DNA of 61,473 nucleotides, filler included, from Basidiobolus meristosporus CBS 931.73 (lineage: Eukaryota > Fungi > Basidiobolomycota), in NCBI GenBank assembly GCA_002104905.1. It is 4 parts of 4 records of this genome, joined end to end, with 100 filler letters (N's around TTAATTAATTAA, not from the genome) between each part and the next. Parts side by side here need not be neighbours in the genome. Positions count along the whole stretch, not along the records: positions 28,733 to 40,344 come from MCFE01001271.1; positions 40,445 to 50,036 come from MCFE01001322.1; 2 more parts are not named here. One strand, 5' to 3'. Below the pieces are notes generated by a model. The model saw only the letters and a list, made by a program, of their open reading frames with translations. It had not been told where the DNA came from and did not search any database. Both the position numbers and the translations under genes were made by a program. Shown piece by piece: positions 37,078 to 50,136 of this stretch; positions within the stretch are counted from its first letter, which is position 1, and each line of letters opens with the position of its first letter.

Positions 37078-37690
37078 TGTTATAAAAGTTTGTAATTCCA
37101 CCTAAATATTCACCTAACTTAGTCACTTGGATCATTGCCTACAAATCTTAGAGAATTCTGACCAGATTCCTTGTTGCAATTTACTTGGAATATTCCCACT
37201 AAAATATCAGGTACTCAGACCATGACATCATTGTTAGGAGGGCATTCTTCTCCCATGACAATATCCCAAAGGCCTCTTTCTTGTAGCAGCATCTTCATCT
37301 TCACCTTCCACACTTGGTAGTTAGATCCATCCAACTTTTTAGCAGAGGGAGAAATTCTAGTAATAGCAGTAGTAGACATTGCAGAGAGTGACAGCTTGGG
37401 GCTCATAACCTGTTGTAAGAGTCTTGGAGATATTGGAAGTGACTAGGAGTACAAGTAGATTATGTGGCTTTCCCTTGATGATTTATTGAATGTAATAGTA
37501 ATATTTATACTATTACCACATAATCTATTTGTCCTCCCAATCACTTCCAATATCTCCAAGACTCTTACAACACTGGGTACTTGGTATTTTCACCTACACA
37601 TCAGGTACTCAGAACATGAAAATCAGTTGTGTTCCCCAAACAGACCCAAACTTTGCACCCATGTCCTCAGGACCTTTGTAATATATTCAA
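37078..37690. mobile_element. Scrambled copia LTR / PBS / gag-start fragments
   Basis: Plus LTR part at 37078-37220, minus gag start (MSPKLSLSAM...KKLDGSNYQVWKVKMKMLL), PBS at 37399-37410, LTR start at 37411, then further plus LTR pieces. Confidence 0.8.
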
Positions 37691-37699
37691 CATGTTTGT

Positions 37700-39002
37700 T
37701 TTGCCAAGACCATGCCATATGAAAAGTAATTGTGATGATGCTGTCCAAAGGCTACCAATTAAAATCCTGTGACTGAGAGGTATTGATTCTATCTGCACAC
37801 TGTGCAGAGACCACTAAGAAAAATTGCTCCCCAGATTTCACAAAAAACTTGGACAAAATTTTTCATCATAGCAATACATAAGTGGCTTTTGATTGGTTCT
37901 CTGCCAATTCTCTCACTTTCTGATCCCAGACACTCAATCACCTCCTACATTTGTGTACACCAATTGGTTATTGCATCTCTTTCACACATCTGACTTCCAA
38001 ATTCAACCAATGCTCTTACTTTTTGTGCATTCATATTAGTTTATTTCTGCTGAAACTTCAGTTGCAACCCAATTGCCAATTGTATTGATCTATACAAGTC
38101 CCTATACTCTATACTAACATTAAGCCCAACCCCATACTCTGCAAGTAGCTCCATTAAAATTCACCATTTAATAAGTATTACTGCTGCAACACCCTTTTCC
38201 ATGACTTGGCAGGAACCCTGCTGTATTGGCAATTATGCATTCACTGGTTCCCATACATCCTGGTCTTGAGCAGGCATTTCAAGGTCTAGCACTTTATCTG
38301 CCAGACTTTGCAATAAATCCTTGAAATATTCAAGTGCATTTTCTTGAGCACTGCTATTGAAGAAGTGCTGCAGCCTCATGGTGTGCCTATTTATGTTTCA
38401 AATTCCACTGTAGGAAACATGATAGTCTTTTAAGTTCTGGACATTGTTGCTTTGTCTGTTAGTGAGATCTACACTCTGTCTACAATGGAGGATGTGCAGG
38501 GAGTGGTGGATGAATTGCCTTTCTCTGCAAGCTCCTACACCTCACTGGAGTGAAGTTGAACTGGCTGCACTTCCAACTCTGGTGAAAACAGCTGTTGTTT
38601 TGTTGGTAATTCTTGGCTAATATGGGATTCAGCTTGTTCTGGGCTGAGGGCATTGATTACTGAGAACTGCAGCTTTTTTTGTATGCTTCCCTGTCCCTGA
38701 CTTCAGTAGATTTTTTCTCTTTACCATTACCTTTCTCACTGCCAAGTCATTCACTGCAACTTTGACTGAGTACTTCATATACTGTACTCTGCTTTCTCTT
38801 GGCTAAATGCTGCACTGGTGCATTCTTTTCTGCCTGCTTGTCCCTTAACAGCACTCTGCTGGCAGCCTGGTGTTTCATTGCTGCTTGTTTCAAGCTTTTG
38901 GCTCAGCTTGTGACAGGATCCTGAGAAAGCCATGTGTTATTATCACTGTCATGTCCTCTACTGCCACTTTGACTGAGTGCTTCTTGTAATGAGCTATACA
39001 TC
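37700..39002 (-). mobile_element. CACTA second-ORF / subterminal fragment in inverted orientation
   Basis: Reverse-complement homologue of 10000-11350 and 47600-49050. It is cut by the copia LTR at 39003. Confidence 0.75.
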
Positions 39003-40344
39003 TGTTGTAAGAGTCTTTGTGATATTAGAAGTGATTGGGAAAACAAGTAGATTATGTATGCTTAGGAAGGTCCCAAGAACATATGTGCAAAGTGTGGGGC
39101 TTTTTTGACAACTTTGAGAATCTTTATGTTCTAGGTATCTGATACTTTGTTGAAAATAATCTGAGCAATTCCCAACAAGGAACTTGGTCTTTATTCTCTA
39201 TGATTTGCAGGTAATGGTCTGGGCAACTATGCTAGGTGAATATTCAGGTGGAGCTGCAAATGCTTACAACACCCCCACTCAGCTATATGTTCATTTGTAC
39301 TAGTCCTAATCTTGACCTAAGATAATCACATTTTCTCTAGCTAATGGCTTGGTGAGTATGTCTGCAATCATTTTATCTGTGGAGCAGTAAACTAAGTTAA
39401 CCATGTGATTTCCTATAGTTTGGCATATGAAATGATGTCTAATATATATGTGCTTGGCTCAGGCATGAATAGGTTGATTTCTACATGATTGTATATATCA
39501 TTGATTATTTTGAAATAAAGTATTAAGTGGTTTTTGACATAAGCCTAAATCTTTAAAAGGGTTTCTTAGCCACATTGCTTCTTTTGTTGCTTCACAGGCT
39601 GCCATATACTCTGTCTCTGTGGTAGAAAGTGCCACAGTTGGTTGCTTTCTTGAATTCTGTGAAATTGCTCCTTCAGAGCAAAGAAAGGTGTATCCTGCAG
39701 TGGATCTTTTGTCTTCTAAGTCTGTCCCCAATCAGCATCAGAGTATCCCACAAGATCCTGTTCTGAATCCTTAATGGAGCACCTTAAGCAGGTATCAGCT
39801 GTTTCTCTTAGGTATCCAAAGTCTGCTCAACTACTGCAATATGTTTAGATCCACAGTTTTGATTATGCTGGCAGATGGCTCCCACTGGATATGAGATATC
39901 AGGAGGTGTCCCAAGCATGATTTACATCAGACTGTCAACTGTAGAGCAATATGGGAACTCTGAGCTTTCAGATAGCACCATGCTCTCTTGATTTGGTTGA
40001 GTTTTGACCAAGTAAAGGTTTGTCTGCATTTGGGCACCTACAGGCTTACAGTCTCCCATTTGATGCTTTATTGGGATATCTTGAATATACTTGGACTGGC
40101 TGAGGGTGATAGTGTGTATACTTCTGTCTATGGAGAACTTTGTTCCTAAGCAGTAACTGAGTTCTCCTAGATCAGACATCTTGAACTCCTTAAATATGCT
40201 GGTTATAGTCTGATCCAAGGTTTTTTGGGTATTAGTGGCTATAACAGTATCATCCACATATAGAGCAGATAGAGCTGGATTAGCTATATCTGGCTCATAA
40301 CAGATACTATGGTCAGAAGTGCTCCTTTGGAAATGCAATGATTC
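39003..40344 (-). mobile_element. Copia 3' half (LTR 39003-39271, PPT, RNase H, RT), truncated by the gap
   Basis: TGTTGTAA...TTACAACA LTR with an internal deletion. ORFs include ALYVDDTVI and AISQNSRKQPTVALSTTETEY. Confidence 0.88.
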
Positions 40345-40444
40345 NNNNNNNNNNNNNNNNNNNNNNNNNNNNNNNNNNNNNNNNNNNNTTAATTAATTAA
40401 NNNNNNNNNNNNNNNNNNNNNNNNNNNNNNNNNNNNNNNNNNNN
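40345..40444. other. Assembly gap with linker
   Basis: N-run containing TTAATTAATTAA. Confidence 0.99.
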
Positions 40445-42184
40445 CAGGTAGATCCAATCCAGATCAGCCATCAAGACCCCAGTTGGCCAGGACATCCAGT
40501 TGCTTTTTATGGCGAGACACATGACGGTATTTTGTTGGCCTCATAGCAAGACTCTGATGGCATTATATTGGCAGTATGACAGTCTACTGCTGGTTCTGTT
40601 TAATGCTACTGTACCAATTTACCATATGATACTTCCTTTTCCTACCTCCCCTAATGCAATTCCTATATTCCACTGTAGAATCACCTTTCTTTAGTTGCTT
40701 ACCCACTACTACCTTGGGTATTTCACATATAGTTCAAATAAAAAAATACTTTGGCCTCCTGCTTACTAACCTCTACAAACGCATACACCATCTGCAACTG
40801 ACATACTTCTATCACCTCAACTTTACAGCTTTTGAGTGTGATACTTGCATAGTTGCCATATACCTGGTACTGCTGGTAGCATATACATCTTGCAAACATA
40901 TGCTTGGTTGTTGCCACTTCTGCCATGAATACATCCTGAATATCCACAAGGCACTTCTTGGTATTTAGCCAATATATTCCTTCTCCTGGCTGGATTCTAG
41001 TCCCCCTTATAGGTGTGCTCTGGCTTTTGTTTGTGTGAGTTCCATATTGAATGGTGTAAAAGTTGGCTTGTGACCATGAGAAATCCAGCATATCTTGGTG
41101 GAGTTTTCCTGATAAAAATTAGTTGCTTGTTGCACCCAACCCATTTTGCATTACCTAACTGATTACCCATGCATTGGGGCTGCTTAGCTTCTCAATGCCA
41201 TAGGCATAGGTGTCTCCATGTGCACATTTGTCTTCAGTATTTTCCAACTCTTTCTGGCTGTCCTCCATGTGCCAACTCATCACATCCATGACAGACTTGA
41301 AGGTAATATTCTTGATGAGATTGGGATATGGTAGTACCTGCATCTTGAACTGTCTTCTTATCTCCCCACACATCTGCTCCATAGGTAACTCCCAAAAGGT
41401 GATGCAAGGCCCAATATTCTCCACACACCATGCAAGCTGGAGTAGAGAATGGATACAGTAGCGGCAAAGATCTATGCATTCAGCTTTATGTATGTAGTAT
41501 AGCCACTCAAATCCTATCACAAATGCCTCACACCGTAGTGGCTGATGTGTCAAGTTGGCATTGGTGATCCGCTTCTGGATAAATATTCCTACAATGTCCA
41601 CATATGACTCCCAATGCTTCCAATGTACCCTTGGTAGGAATGGCTTAAAAAAACACTTGAATAAATACATATCCAGCTCATCCAGTCTTTGCATATGTAT
41701 TGTTGCATATGCGTATGAATATTAATTGGAGCCCATGAGAAGTACTCAGGGTGGCAGATACTCTGTAGTTTTGCCAATTCTTTCAGATTTCTCCGGTATC
41801 TTGAAGGGCTTATTTAGCTTGAAATGCCCCAGGTACAACTTGGTCATCAGTATAGGGATATTGTTGAAAAGCAAATGCATTGCTCCCAGTGGACAGCTTT
41901 TGCTCCAACAGATACCCTCTATCTTGATATCTCTGGTTTCCGGTTGATTCCATATTCTGGCCAATGGCATAAAGCTTGCCAACTTTGCTGCAATTGCATG
42001 CTTACTTCTGTACATTCTCTTGGTGGAAAGATGATATTCTTAGTGCTGGTGTTTGGGTAATAATAATATGTGGGAGTTATAGAATAATCCTCTGGATCTC
42101 ACACATTTGACAGCAATACCATCCATTGTGCCCAGAAAAACCTCCTATTTTGCTGATGGCTGGGGTATCTCCAATGCAGATAAT

Positions 42185-45100
42185 AGACCTGTTCCATTAT
42201 ACTGTGCCAGGGCATGCAGTGCAATCCACAGTTATAAAGAACAATTGGGCGCAATATTATAGTTACCAGTAGGCAGGATCATTCTTGGACAATTTTGCAC
42301 TATGTGGGACAATCTTGCACACTATGGCACAATCTGACACAATGAGGTTGGCACAGATAATTGCATCAACTTGTAATGATTGCCACATGTGGGCAATTGG
42401 ATACCGCTATTATGGAAGGTAAAATCCGGTATTGGGATATGTTTCTTTAATGTAAATGGAAACAAATGTGTATTGCACTATAAACTACACTGATACTTAC
42501 CATTTTGGTTACCAATACTCCAATTGGACGGTATCTCAGTGGTTAATTGGTCCAAAAGTATCCTGAAGCTGGCAGCCCCTAGTTGGCTCATTGACTACTA
42601 AACAAGCTACCTAATTTGCCATCAAATATCCCATTTTGCCCATTGCGCAAGTAAATCCCTGATCCTAGTGATTGGACAAGGTGTCATAGCTAGCACGCAA
42701 GCAATTGGGTAGGTGCAAAACAGATCCAATAGCTGCACTGGTATTACAGATGATGTATATATAAGCAGGGTGTTTATTTATAGGGGTTATGTCTCACAAG
42801 TGAGATGACCTTGATATTACTTATATCAAAGATTTGATGATCACTGATTTGTGATGGCTCAATTTGGATTGCAAAAAAATGGGTTGTTGGGATCATTACA
42901 AAAAATAGTAATTCAAAGCAATTGCGTCATCTTCTCCTGGGTTTTTTTCTCACAGGGATTACTACTGAAGCATTTGGTAGTGACTGACTTTGCACACCCA
43001 TACTACTTCCTGGCTGACTATCATCTTAGCTACTTGTGTATTTGTAGTCAGTATTTTGCCTCCTAGATGATGAGTGCAATGCTGCAGCTTAGCCAAGCTG
43101 AGTTGCTCAGACTGAATCAACTGAACCAGCCTGGAGTGCCACGTGCTGATGTGTTCTTTTACTTGCCAAGGGCTCTGGTGGTTGAGGCACTTCATGTTGG
43201 TCATCATCAGTCAGTTACCAGAAGTAACTTGCTGATGGTCAGGCAAAACAGCACAGGCAGGCACAACTTGATGCGTTGAGATAGCCCTTGGCTGAGCTCA
43301 ATGTGATGCTGCATGTTGACACAACCTGGTCCGCTCCAATGGACTTGTGTCTAAATGAGCAGTTTGGCAAGTTCTGGTAGTTTTGCTCTGAAGCGTGCAC
43401 CTTGACCCAACACACGTTGACTCAATGTGGGGCATTCTGGTAAAGGGTGTTGGTGTAGTCTGGACTGACATGCGCCAGTGTGCTGTGGTTGCAAGAGATG
43501 GTAAGGAATCCAGCAAGGCATGCTGGTGCAATCTGGACAATGTTGCTCACGGTATGTATTCTTCCTCCTGAAGCTCACCATCTGATTCTTCAAGGTATTC
43601 ACTAACCCTCTGTCTGATACCTTGGAGCTGTAGCTTGGATGAGTCCTGTGTATATTGCTCTTGGAAGCCACTTAGCTCTACTAATATATCACACAGTACA
43701 TTAGTCATTTGAGGCAAAAACTCATTCAAATCTCTTTGGTTCCCAAAGTTGAGGCACAAACAGACACGTCTGGCCTGTACTGTGCAAATTGCGCGTAAAA
43801 TTGCTCCCATGCGGCTTCTTTATCAAATCCCCTCACTCTCAGCTCATTCTTGATTTCAATACTTGTCTTGTTATATATCTTCTTACATACATTAGCTGGC
43901 ATCTTGATGTAGAACTCATGCCACAGCTTTCTACTCAAATTCAAATTGCGTTGACACAGATCAGATCACATCAATTGCAGATTTCCTATTAGATTATAGA
44001 CCTATGAGTAAAGCATCAATAAAAGTCCCAAGGCATTGTTTGTGGATGATTTTTGCAACATAATGATGGGATACATGGTAATTGATGGAGATTTAATCAT
44101 AATGCATTAAAAAATTGATAAATAAGGCGGATTGCGCCAAATTGATTCAAACCACCTCCATACAATCATCCACTAATTTTAATATGAATTACTCATCTGA
44201 ATGGTATTTTCTCATCAATCCCATCACTACCACTGGATTTCCTTTTGACACACTAGAGGAGATCTATTCCAAGTACTGTGGACCATCACCCCCAATCTAC
44301 TCAAGGAGATCCCTTGTTAAGCTTCTCTGCTATTACAAGAACTATTGCCCTACAAGGTTTCATCCCACCATGCATGGCAACAAAAGTCCTAGAAGCTGTC
44401 ATTCCCAGCTGACAGCAATGAAGAGCCACCTTGCAGAGTGTATGAATGACTTAGAGCAAGCATGGAATACTTGGTTCAGAAGCTCCAATAGACTTCCATA
44501 TCCCAGAGTGTTCAGCAACAGGTTCCATATGAGGAGTATTTTGGATATCTTCCCAGTGAGGATTTACAGACCTTCTATAGGGCAGAGGCACTCTTATTCT
44601 GGCAAGTACAAGGCACACTGTGTGAAGCTTCAAGCACAGTCTAACATTGAGGGTAACATCATCTGGCTTAGTGGGCCATTGCTGGTAGTAGGTTTGACAA
44701 AGCACTCTGGGTAGAGAATCCTCCTAAATTCAGTAGAGGGGAGGAATGTATGGCAGGCTAAGCCTATATAGGAGAGGATTGTATCAGATTAGGATGTATT
44801 ACAGCTTATAGGAAGCCAAGGAATGGTGTGCTTAGCAGGAAGCAGAAGCTCTACAACAAGATATTTAGTCATTTCAGAGTGAGGGTAGAGCACACAATTG
44901 GATGTCTGAAGAGATTCAGCATGTTGGCAGGTAAATACAGAGGAAAGTCATAAATAGGAGAAAACAGCAGAATAGGTAAAATAGTTAAGATACTTATTAA
45001 TGCACAGTATGCTCATACAAGAAGACATCCACTGAGAGAAATGTGTCTGGAGCATTATGAAGAGTAAATAAAGCAAGGAAAGCGCTGTTCTGAGCAACAT

Positions 45101-45250
45101 AAGTAAGATTGAGTAAATTGACCAGTAACTGTATCATACCACTGGCATCATGGTAGAAATTATAGTGCCAGATAGTGCCATAGGGTGCCAGATCAATCTG
45201 GCACTATAAACAGGCTGGCACTATGTGGCACTACCCAACAGAACAAGTCT
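42185..45250 (+). mobile_element. PIF/Harbinger-like (PHIS) DNA transposon, 3066 bp
   Basis: TIRs AGACCTGTTC / AGACTTGTTC (9/10) and a 3-bp TSD AAT (42182-84, 45251-53). Removing the element and one TSD restores the CACTA sequence seen near 7780. It encodes a DDE_Tnp_4 transposase on plus and a decayed divergent ORF on minus. Confidence 0.85.
44144..44960 (+). pseudogene. Harbinger-type DDE transposase (disrupted)
   Basis: ILDIFPVRIYRP...YSGKYKAHCVKLQ...GNIIWLSGP, then AYIG...TAYRKPRNGVLSRKQKLYNKIFSHFRVRVEHTIGCLKRF. Confidence 0.85.
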
Positions 45251-48200
45251 AATAATATGCACTTTAACATGATGACCATATACCATTATCCTGCTGGAAA
45301 GCATACAAAACTCATCCAGCAATGGGTACAGGTAGCTATCCAGGTTGCACAGTGGTTTAGGCCCAGATACCAGTGAGACTACTATCAGATTATTGCACTG
45401 ATACCGTAAGATGGGTGGTAGATTCAGATTGATGAGAATCAGTGGCCAGCAGGATTTGCTGGTAGAGTACCTGTTTAATGAGAATCCATCAAGTGCTAAA
45501 GCAAAGGCATGGTCATAGATACCGTCAAAGTAGCCCTTGCTTATTAGCTGTTTGTATTGTTTGCCACTGAATATATTGGATATGTTTGCGCTTGATTGAT
45601 ACTGGGTGTGGTATTGTATAGCTTTGCAATATTTGTCAGACTGCATCCACTTCCTCAGATGGGGCACAACCAGAATATATCTGGAGTGTGAACAATGTTT
45701 CCCCTCAGTGGTGGTGGATACCTGCCAATTTGAACACATTGCAATGGTTGCATTTTTGGATGTGAATGCAATGCAACTGTTAACACATGCTGGAATCTTG
45801 ACAGTCTCTGGATCATATGTTGCCAGCCACATGATGGTTGTCCACTTGCTCCATGTACATGATAGGGTGCATCCTGGTATGATTTTGGCAAGAAGAAGTA
45901 ATAAATCCACAAAGCCCCCATTACTGATATTAGTGGAAACATGCCACTTTTCTAGCCACAATATTACATCTTTCACCAGTACGTGGATTACTGGGCTCAA
46001 TTGGCTCCATAAAGTATCTTTGGCATTTGTTTCAATGGGTGTTGTCTCATTGCATATAGGGATTTGACTAGGCCCATATGTGGTACTGTTGTTGGGGAAA
46101 TTGGCTCAAAATCCATCAGTGGGCCTTCTTTGCCAGATCTATCACTCTGCATGCCATATTCCAAAGGCTGAGGTGAGCCTAAAGGTGTCACAAACTCACC
46201 TGACTCAGTTTGGGCAAGGTGACAAAGATGGCCAGGTGCCAATATAGATGTATCAACTGGCCAGCAGGATAATGTTGGTAGAGTAGTGACCAATAAATGG
46301 TCAAATATGACTTGGGAGGCAAAAGACTGGCCATGAACCATCTAATACTTCCTATGCAGTCTGCACATATCATGGCTGAGAGGCTGGCCACAATAGCCAC
46401 ATGGACTGTTTTCTCTTTTCTTATGGTGTTGAGTCAAAGTAGTCTTGTCCATGGGGCAAACAGTTTGGCCTTAACAATGTAATGCTGCTATATCACTTTT
46501 TGGTCATTACTCATGTGAACTTAAGATAGTCTTGTATTTGAGACATTGCACCTACATGAATGTAAGATTCAATGATGACCCCTCAGAGTAAGCATTATAA
46601 ATAAAGTTGTGGCACCACATACACATGTATATGTAATACTATTTCCCCTTTGATTTGACCCACTTACATATATATGCCGCCAAAAGATAAAGCAAAGTAG
46701 TCTGGTTTTCAACCAAACCCCACCACTGACAGCAACAGAAGAATGGTTGGACAACAGCTTGCTTTGACATACAGTGCAACAAGCAGGGCTACATCCAAAA
46801 AAGGCCCAGTGGACAGTGTGCCCACTGAAGGTAATAGTGTGGACTCCTCAGGCTCTCAGTCAAGTAGGCAATTGATAACCTCTGTGGAGCCACAAGTTGA
46901 CTGTTATGCTCTGGCAGATGAGAATGTGGCAAATGCAGTACCCTCAGCTGAAGATCAGCAAGTGGCCATGATAACATTACCACCACCCACATTAGCAAGT
47001 ATGTTGTCAGCTCATACCAAAGTATTAATGAAGCAATTAGGTGCAGTGGCTGATAGGATAGATGCAATGGCCCACAGAAATCAGGTAATAGTCCAGAAAC
47101 AGGATGAGCAGATAATACTAGTAAAGCAATCAATATCCCAGGTAGAGAAAGCAGTTTCTTTGCTGCAAACAAGGAACTCAAGTAGCTCAATGTCACAACC
47201 AAGAATTGAGCCATTTCCCAATGTAACAGCAGAGGAACATTGTACAGTCTTTGAAGCACAACAACAGTGCCCAAAGATTAAGCCCACAGAAAAACCTATC
47301 ACAGTGTAGGAGGGAGACAATGTGGTGATTATACCAAAGCCTAAAAATCAAAAGACATTGAAGAACCGTGAAGCTGTTGAGTGCAATAATGAATGGTGAG
47401 CTAATATACAAGAGGCCATCAGAAGTCTAGCACACCATCACCTTAAGGCCAGCAAACCATGGGACCATCAGGAACTCAAGGCCAAGCAGAATGCACTTGA
47501 CTAGTTCCATGAGCATTATCCTGAATTCAAATGGGCAAACAGATTTTGGGCCACTATTGGTATGCTAAGAAAGTATCTCAAGAATAGCAGTAATTATCAA
47601 CAGCAGAAGAACAAGGGTGCCATGCCTAAAAACCAGCAGCTTCCTCAAGAGCCTGTTACAAACAGGGCCAAAAGCTCCAGACAAGCATCAAAGAGATATC
47701 AGGCAGCTAGCAGAGTGCCAATTAGGGACAAGCAGGCAAACATGAATGCACCAGCAAAACATTTATCAAGAAAAAAGCATAGTACCACTCAAGAAGCACC
47801 CAGTCAAAGTAGTAGTGAAGGACCTGGCAGTGATAAAAACCAGCTGCGTTTACAGGAGTCCGTCACAACTATGGTTGAGAGCTCAAAACCAGCTGAAAAG
47901 AAACATCAGGTTGTTAGAAGAGTGCCAGCAATGGACAAGCAGGCCAAAACAGATGTGTCAGAGCAGATTTTATCCAGGAGAAAACAAAGTTCTTTACAAG
48001 AAGCACTCAGACACAGTAGCAGTGAAAGACCTGGTAGTGATAAAGGAAAAGGTAAAGGGAAAATGTCTACCCAAGACTGAGACAGGGAGGCATGCAAAAA
48101 GAGCTTCAGTTCTTGCCAATTAATGCTGCAAGCCAGGAACAGACTGAATCTCATCATAGCCAGGAAGAATTACAAACAAGAAAACAGCTGTTTTCACAAG

Positions 48201-49082
48201 AGTTGGAAGTGCAGCCAGTTGAGCTACACTCCAGCAAGGTAGATAAGTTTGCTGAAAAAGGCAATTTGTCTACCGCAGCATCCACAGCCTCCGCAGCCTT
48301 CATTGTTGACAGAGTGGAGATTCTACTGACAGACAAAGCTACAACATCAAGAGCTCAAAAGACTATCACAATGCCTTCAGTGGTGTTTTGGAACATCAAT
48401 AGGTACCCCAAGAGGTTGCAGAACCTATTCAGAGCAGTGCTCAAGAAAATGCACTGGAATGTTGCAAGGATTTATAACAAAGACTGGCAGATGATGAGCT
48501 AGACCTTGCAGTGATGGCTGAAGACCAGGATGTGTGGGAACTAGTGAATGAACAGTGGCATAAAGCTGTTGGATTCCTGCCAAAGTTGTGGAACCAGAGC
48601 GTTACAGCGGAAATACTTATTGAGTGGTGGATTTTAATGGAGCTACTTGTAGAGTGTGGGGTTGGGCTTAATGTTGGTGTAGGGTATAGGGACTTGTATA
48701 GGTCAATACAATTGGCAATTGAGGTACAACTGATGTTTTAATGGAAATAAATCAATTTATATGCATGAAGAGTAAGAGAAATGGTTGAGTCAGGAAGTAA
48801 GGAGGGTGAAAAAGAGGCATTAGCCAATCAATTCACACAAGTGTAGAAGGCAATAGAGTGTCAGAGATCAGAAAGTGAGCAAATTGGCAGGGAACCAATC
48901 AAAAGCTACTTTCACATTGTTGTGATGAAGAATTTTGACTAAGTTTTTTGTGAAATCTTGGTTACAATTATTTTCAACAGTCACTGGACAGTGTCTTGAC
49001 AAGATTAGTACTTCTTAGTCACGGGACTTTCACTTTGTGATGGCCTTTTGATCAGATCATCTCAATAATTTATCATAAGGTG

Positions 49083-49151
49083 CAAAGGAGCAATTTCATG
49101 GAATTCAAGAAAGCAACTAACTGTAGCACTTTCTACCACAAAGGTAGAGTA
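49083..49151 (+). pseudogene. Copia RNase H fragment
   Basis: KGAISWNSRKQLTVALSTTKVEY, cut by the LTR at 49152. Confidence 0.7.
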
Positions 49152-50036
49152 TGTTATGATCTGCCGCTTGAATGTTTAAGTTAGATCAGTTTTTAGTCAA
49201 ATCAAATAGTATATGTTTAGGTTATCAGTATATCAGTATTATCTATGAAATCAGTAGCATTAGTCAGCAAATGAATCAGCAGATCCTTATCAGACAGTAA
49301 CAGATATATTAAGTAGAATCTTATTGGGTGATGATGATGCAATCAAATGAGTCATCAGCCACAACCTACATTAGGAAATACAATTAGTCAGCAATTGATC
49401 TGGCAAAATGTATATAAGGAGCTGCTGGAACCTCAATAAAAATCAGTTCAAGTTTTAGTGAATACAATACTAGCTAAACTCCCTATTCCTCTACAACTCT
49501 TATACCAAGACTTGTAACATTGGTAGCAGCGATAACCAGAAACCTCCCTCCTGAAGAAAAGAAGAAACCACCCTCAAGATGTCGGACAATCAAGAATGGA
49601 AGAATGCCATGCAGCAAATCCTGGCCCAACAGCAACAGCTACTCCAGATCCTCAGCCAACAGCAACAAGGAATGACTACCATGGCTCAGAGCCAACAAAG
49701 CCCTGTCAAGAGCAACTTGAGTGTGAAGGTCAACCGGTACCATGGCAGAGTCAATGAAAACCTGGGAACTTGGCTCTTTCAGATTGAAGAAGCTTTTAAA
49801 GCTAAAGGAATTGCTCCAGAGAGCAAGTTGCATTATGCAGCTTCTTACCTGGCAGATGCAGCTTTACAGTGGTACCACAACAAGATCAGGTCAGCCACTA
49901 TGATGGGATGCTCTACAATCTCTACCTGGGATGAGTTTGTGTTGGAAATTCAAGATGCTTTTGAACCTCCACACCAGCAGACACTACTAAGAAGGAAGTT
50001 AAAGACACTCAGACTGAAAGGAATGGTGCAAGAATA
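49152..50036 (+). mobile_element. Third Ty3/gypsy family: 5' LTR (49152-49519), PBS (49521-49531) and gag, truncated by the gap
   Basis: TGTTA...TAACA termini with TATA (gtatataag) and AATAAA. The PBS TGGTAGCAGCG resembles initiator-Met 3'-end primers. Gag reads YHGRVNENLGTWLFQIE...AASYLADAALQWY...TWDEF...AFEP. Confidence 0.85.
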
Positions 50037-50136
50037 NNNNNNNNNNNNNNNNNNNNNNNNNNNNNNNNNNNNNNNNNNNNTTAATTAATTAANNNNNNNN
50101 NNNNNNNNNNNNNNNNNNNNNNNNNNNNNNNNNNNN
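50037..50136. other. Assembly gap with linker
   Basis: N-run containing TTAATTAATTAA. Confidence 0.99.

Larger units (their letters stand above)
40445..49082 (-). mobile_element. CACTA/En-Spm element copy D, split by a PHIS insertion
   Basis: ORF 45221-46000 (ACVNSCIAF, FALALDGFS, LINLNLPP, SGPKP.NLDSYLYPLLDE) and 41155-41694 (HSLLQLA..ENIGP..FWELPMEQMCG) are Tnp2-type. A divergent Q/K/S-rich second ORF lies on plus at 46743-48502 (with FWATIGMLRKYLKN). Confidence 0.85.

Noticed and set aside
45160-45232. Short repeated GTGCCA units as a CRISPR-like or iteron array
   Set aside because: The context is eukaryotic, the units are 6-10 bp without unique spacers, and they are explained as transposon subterminal repeats.
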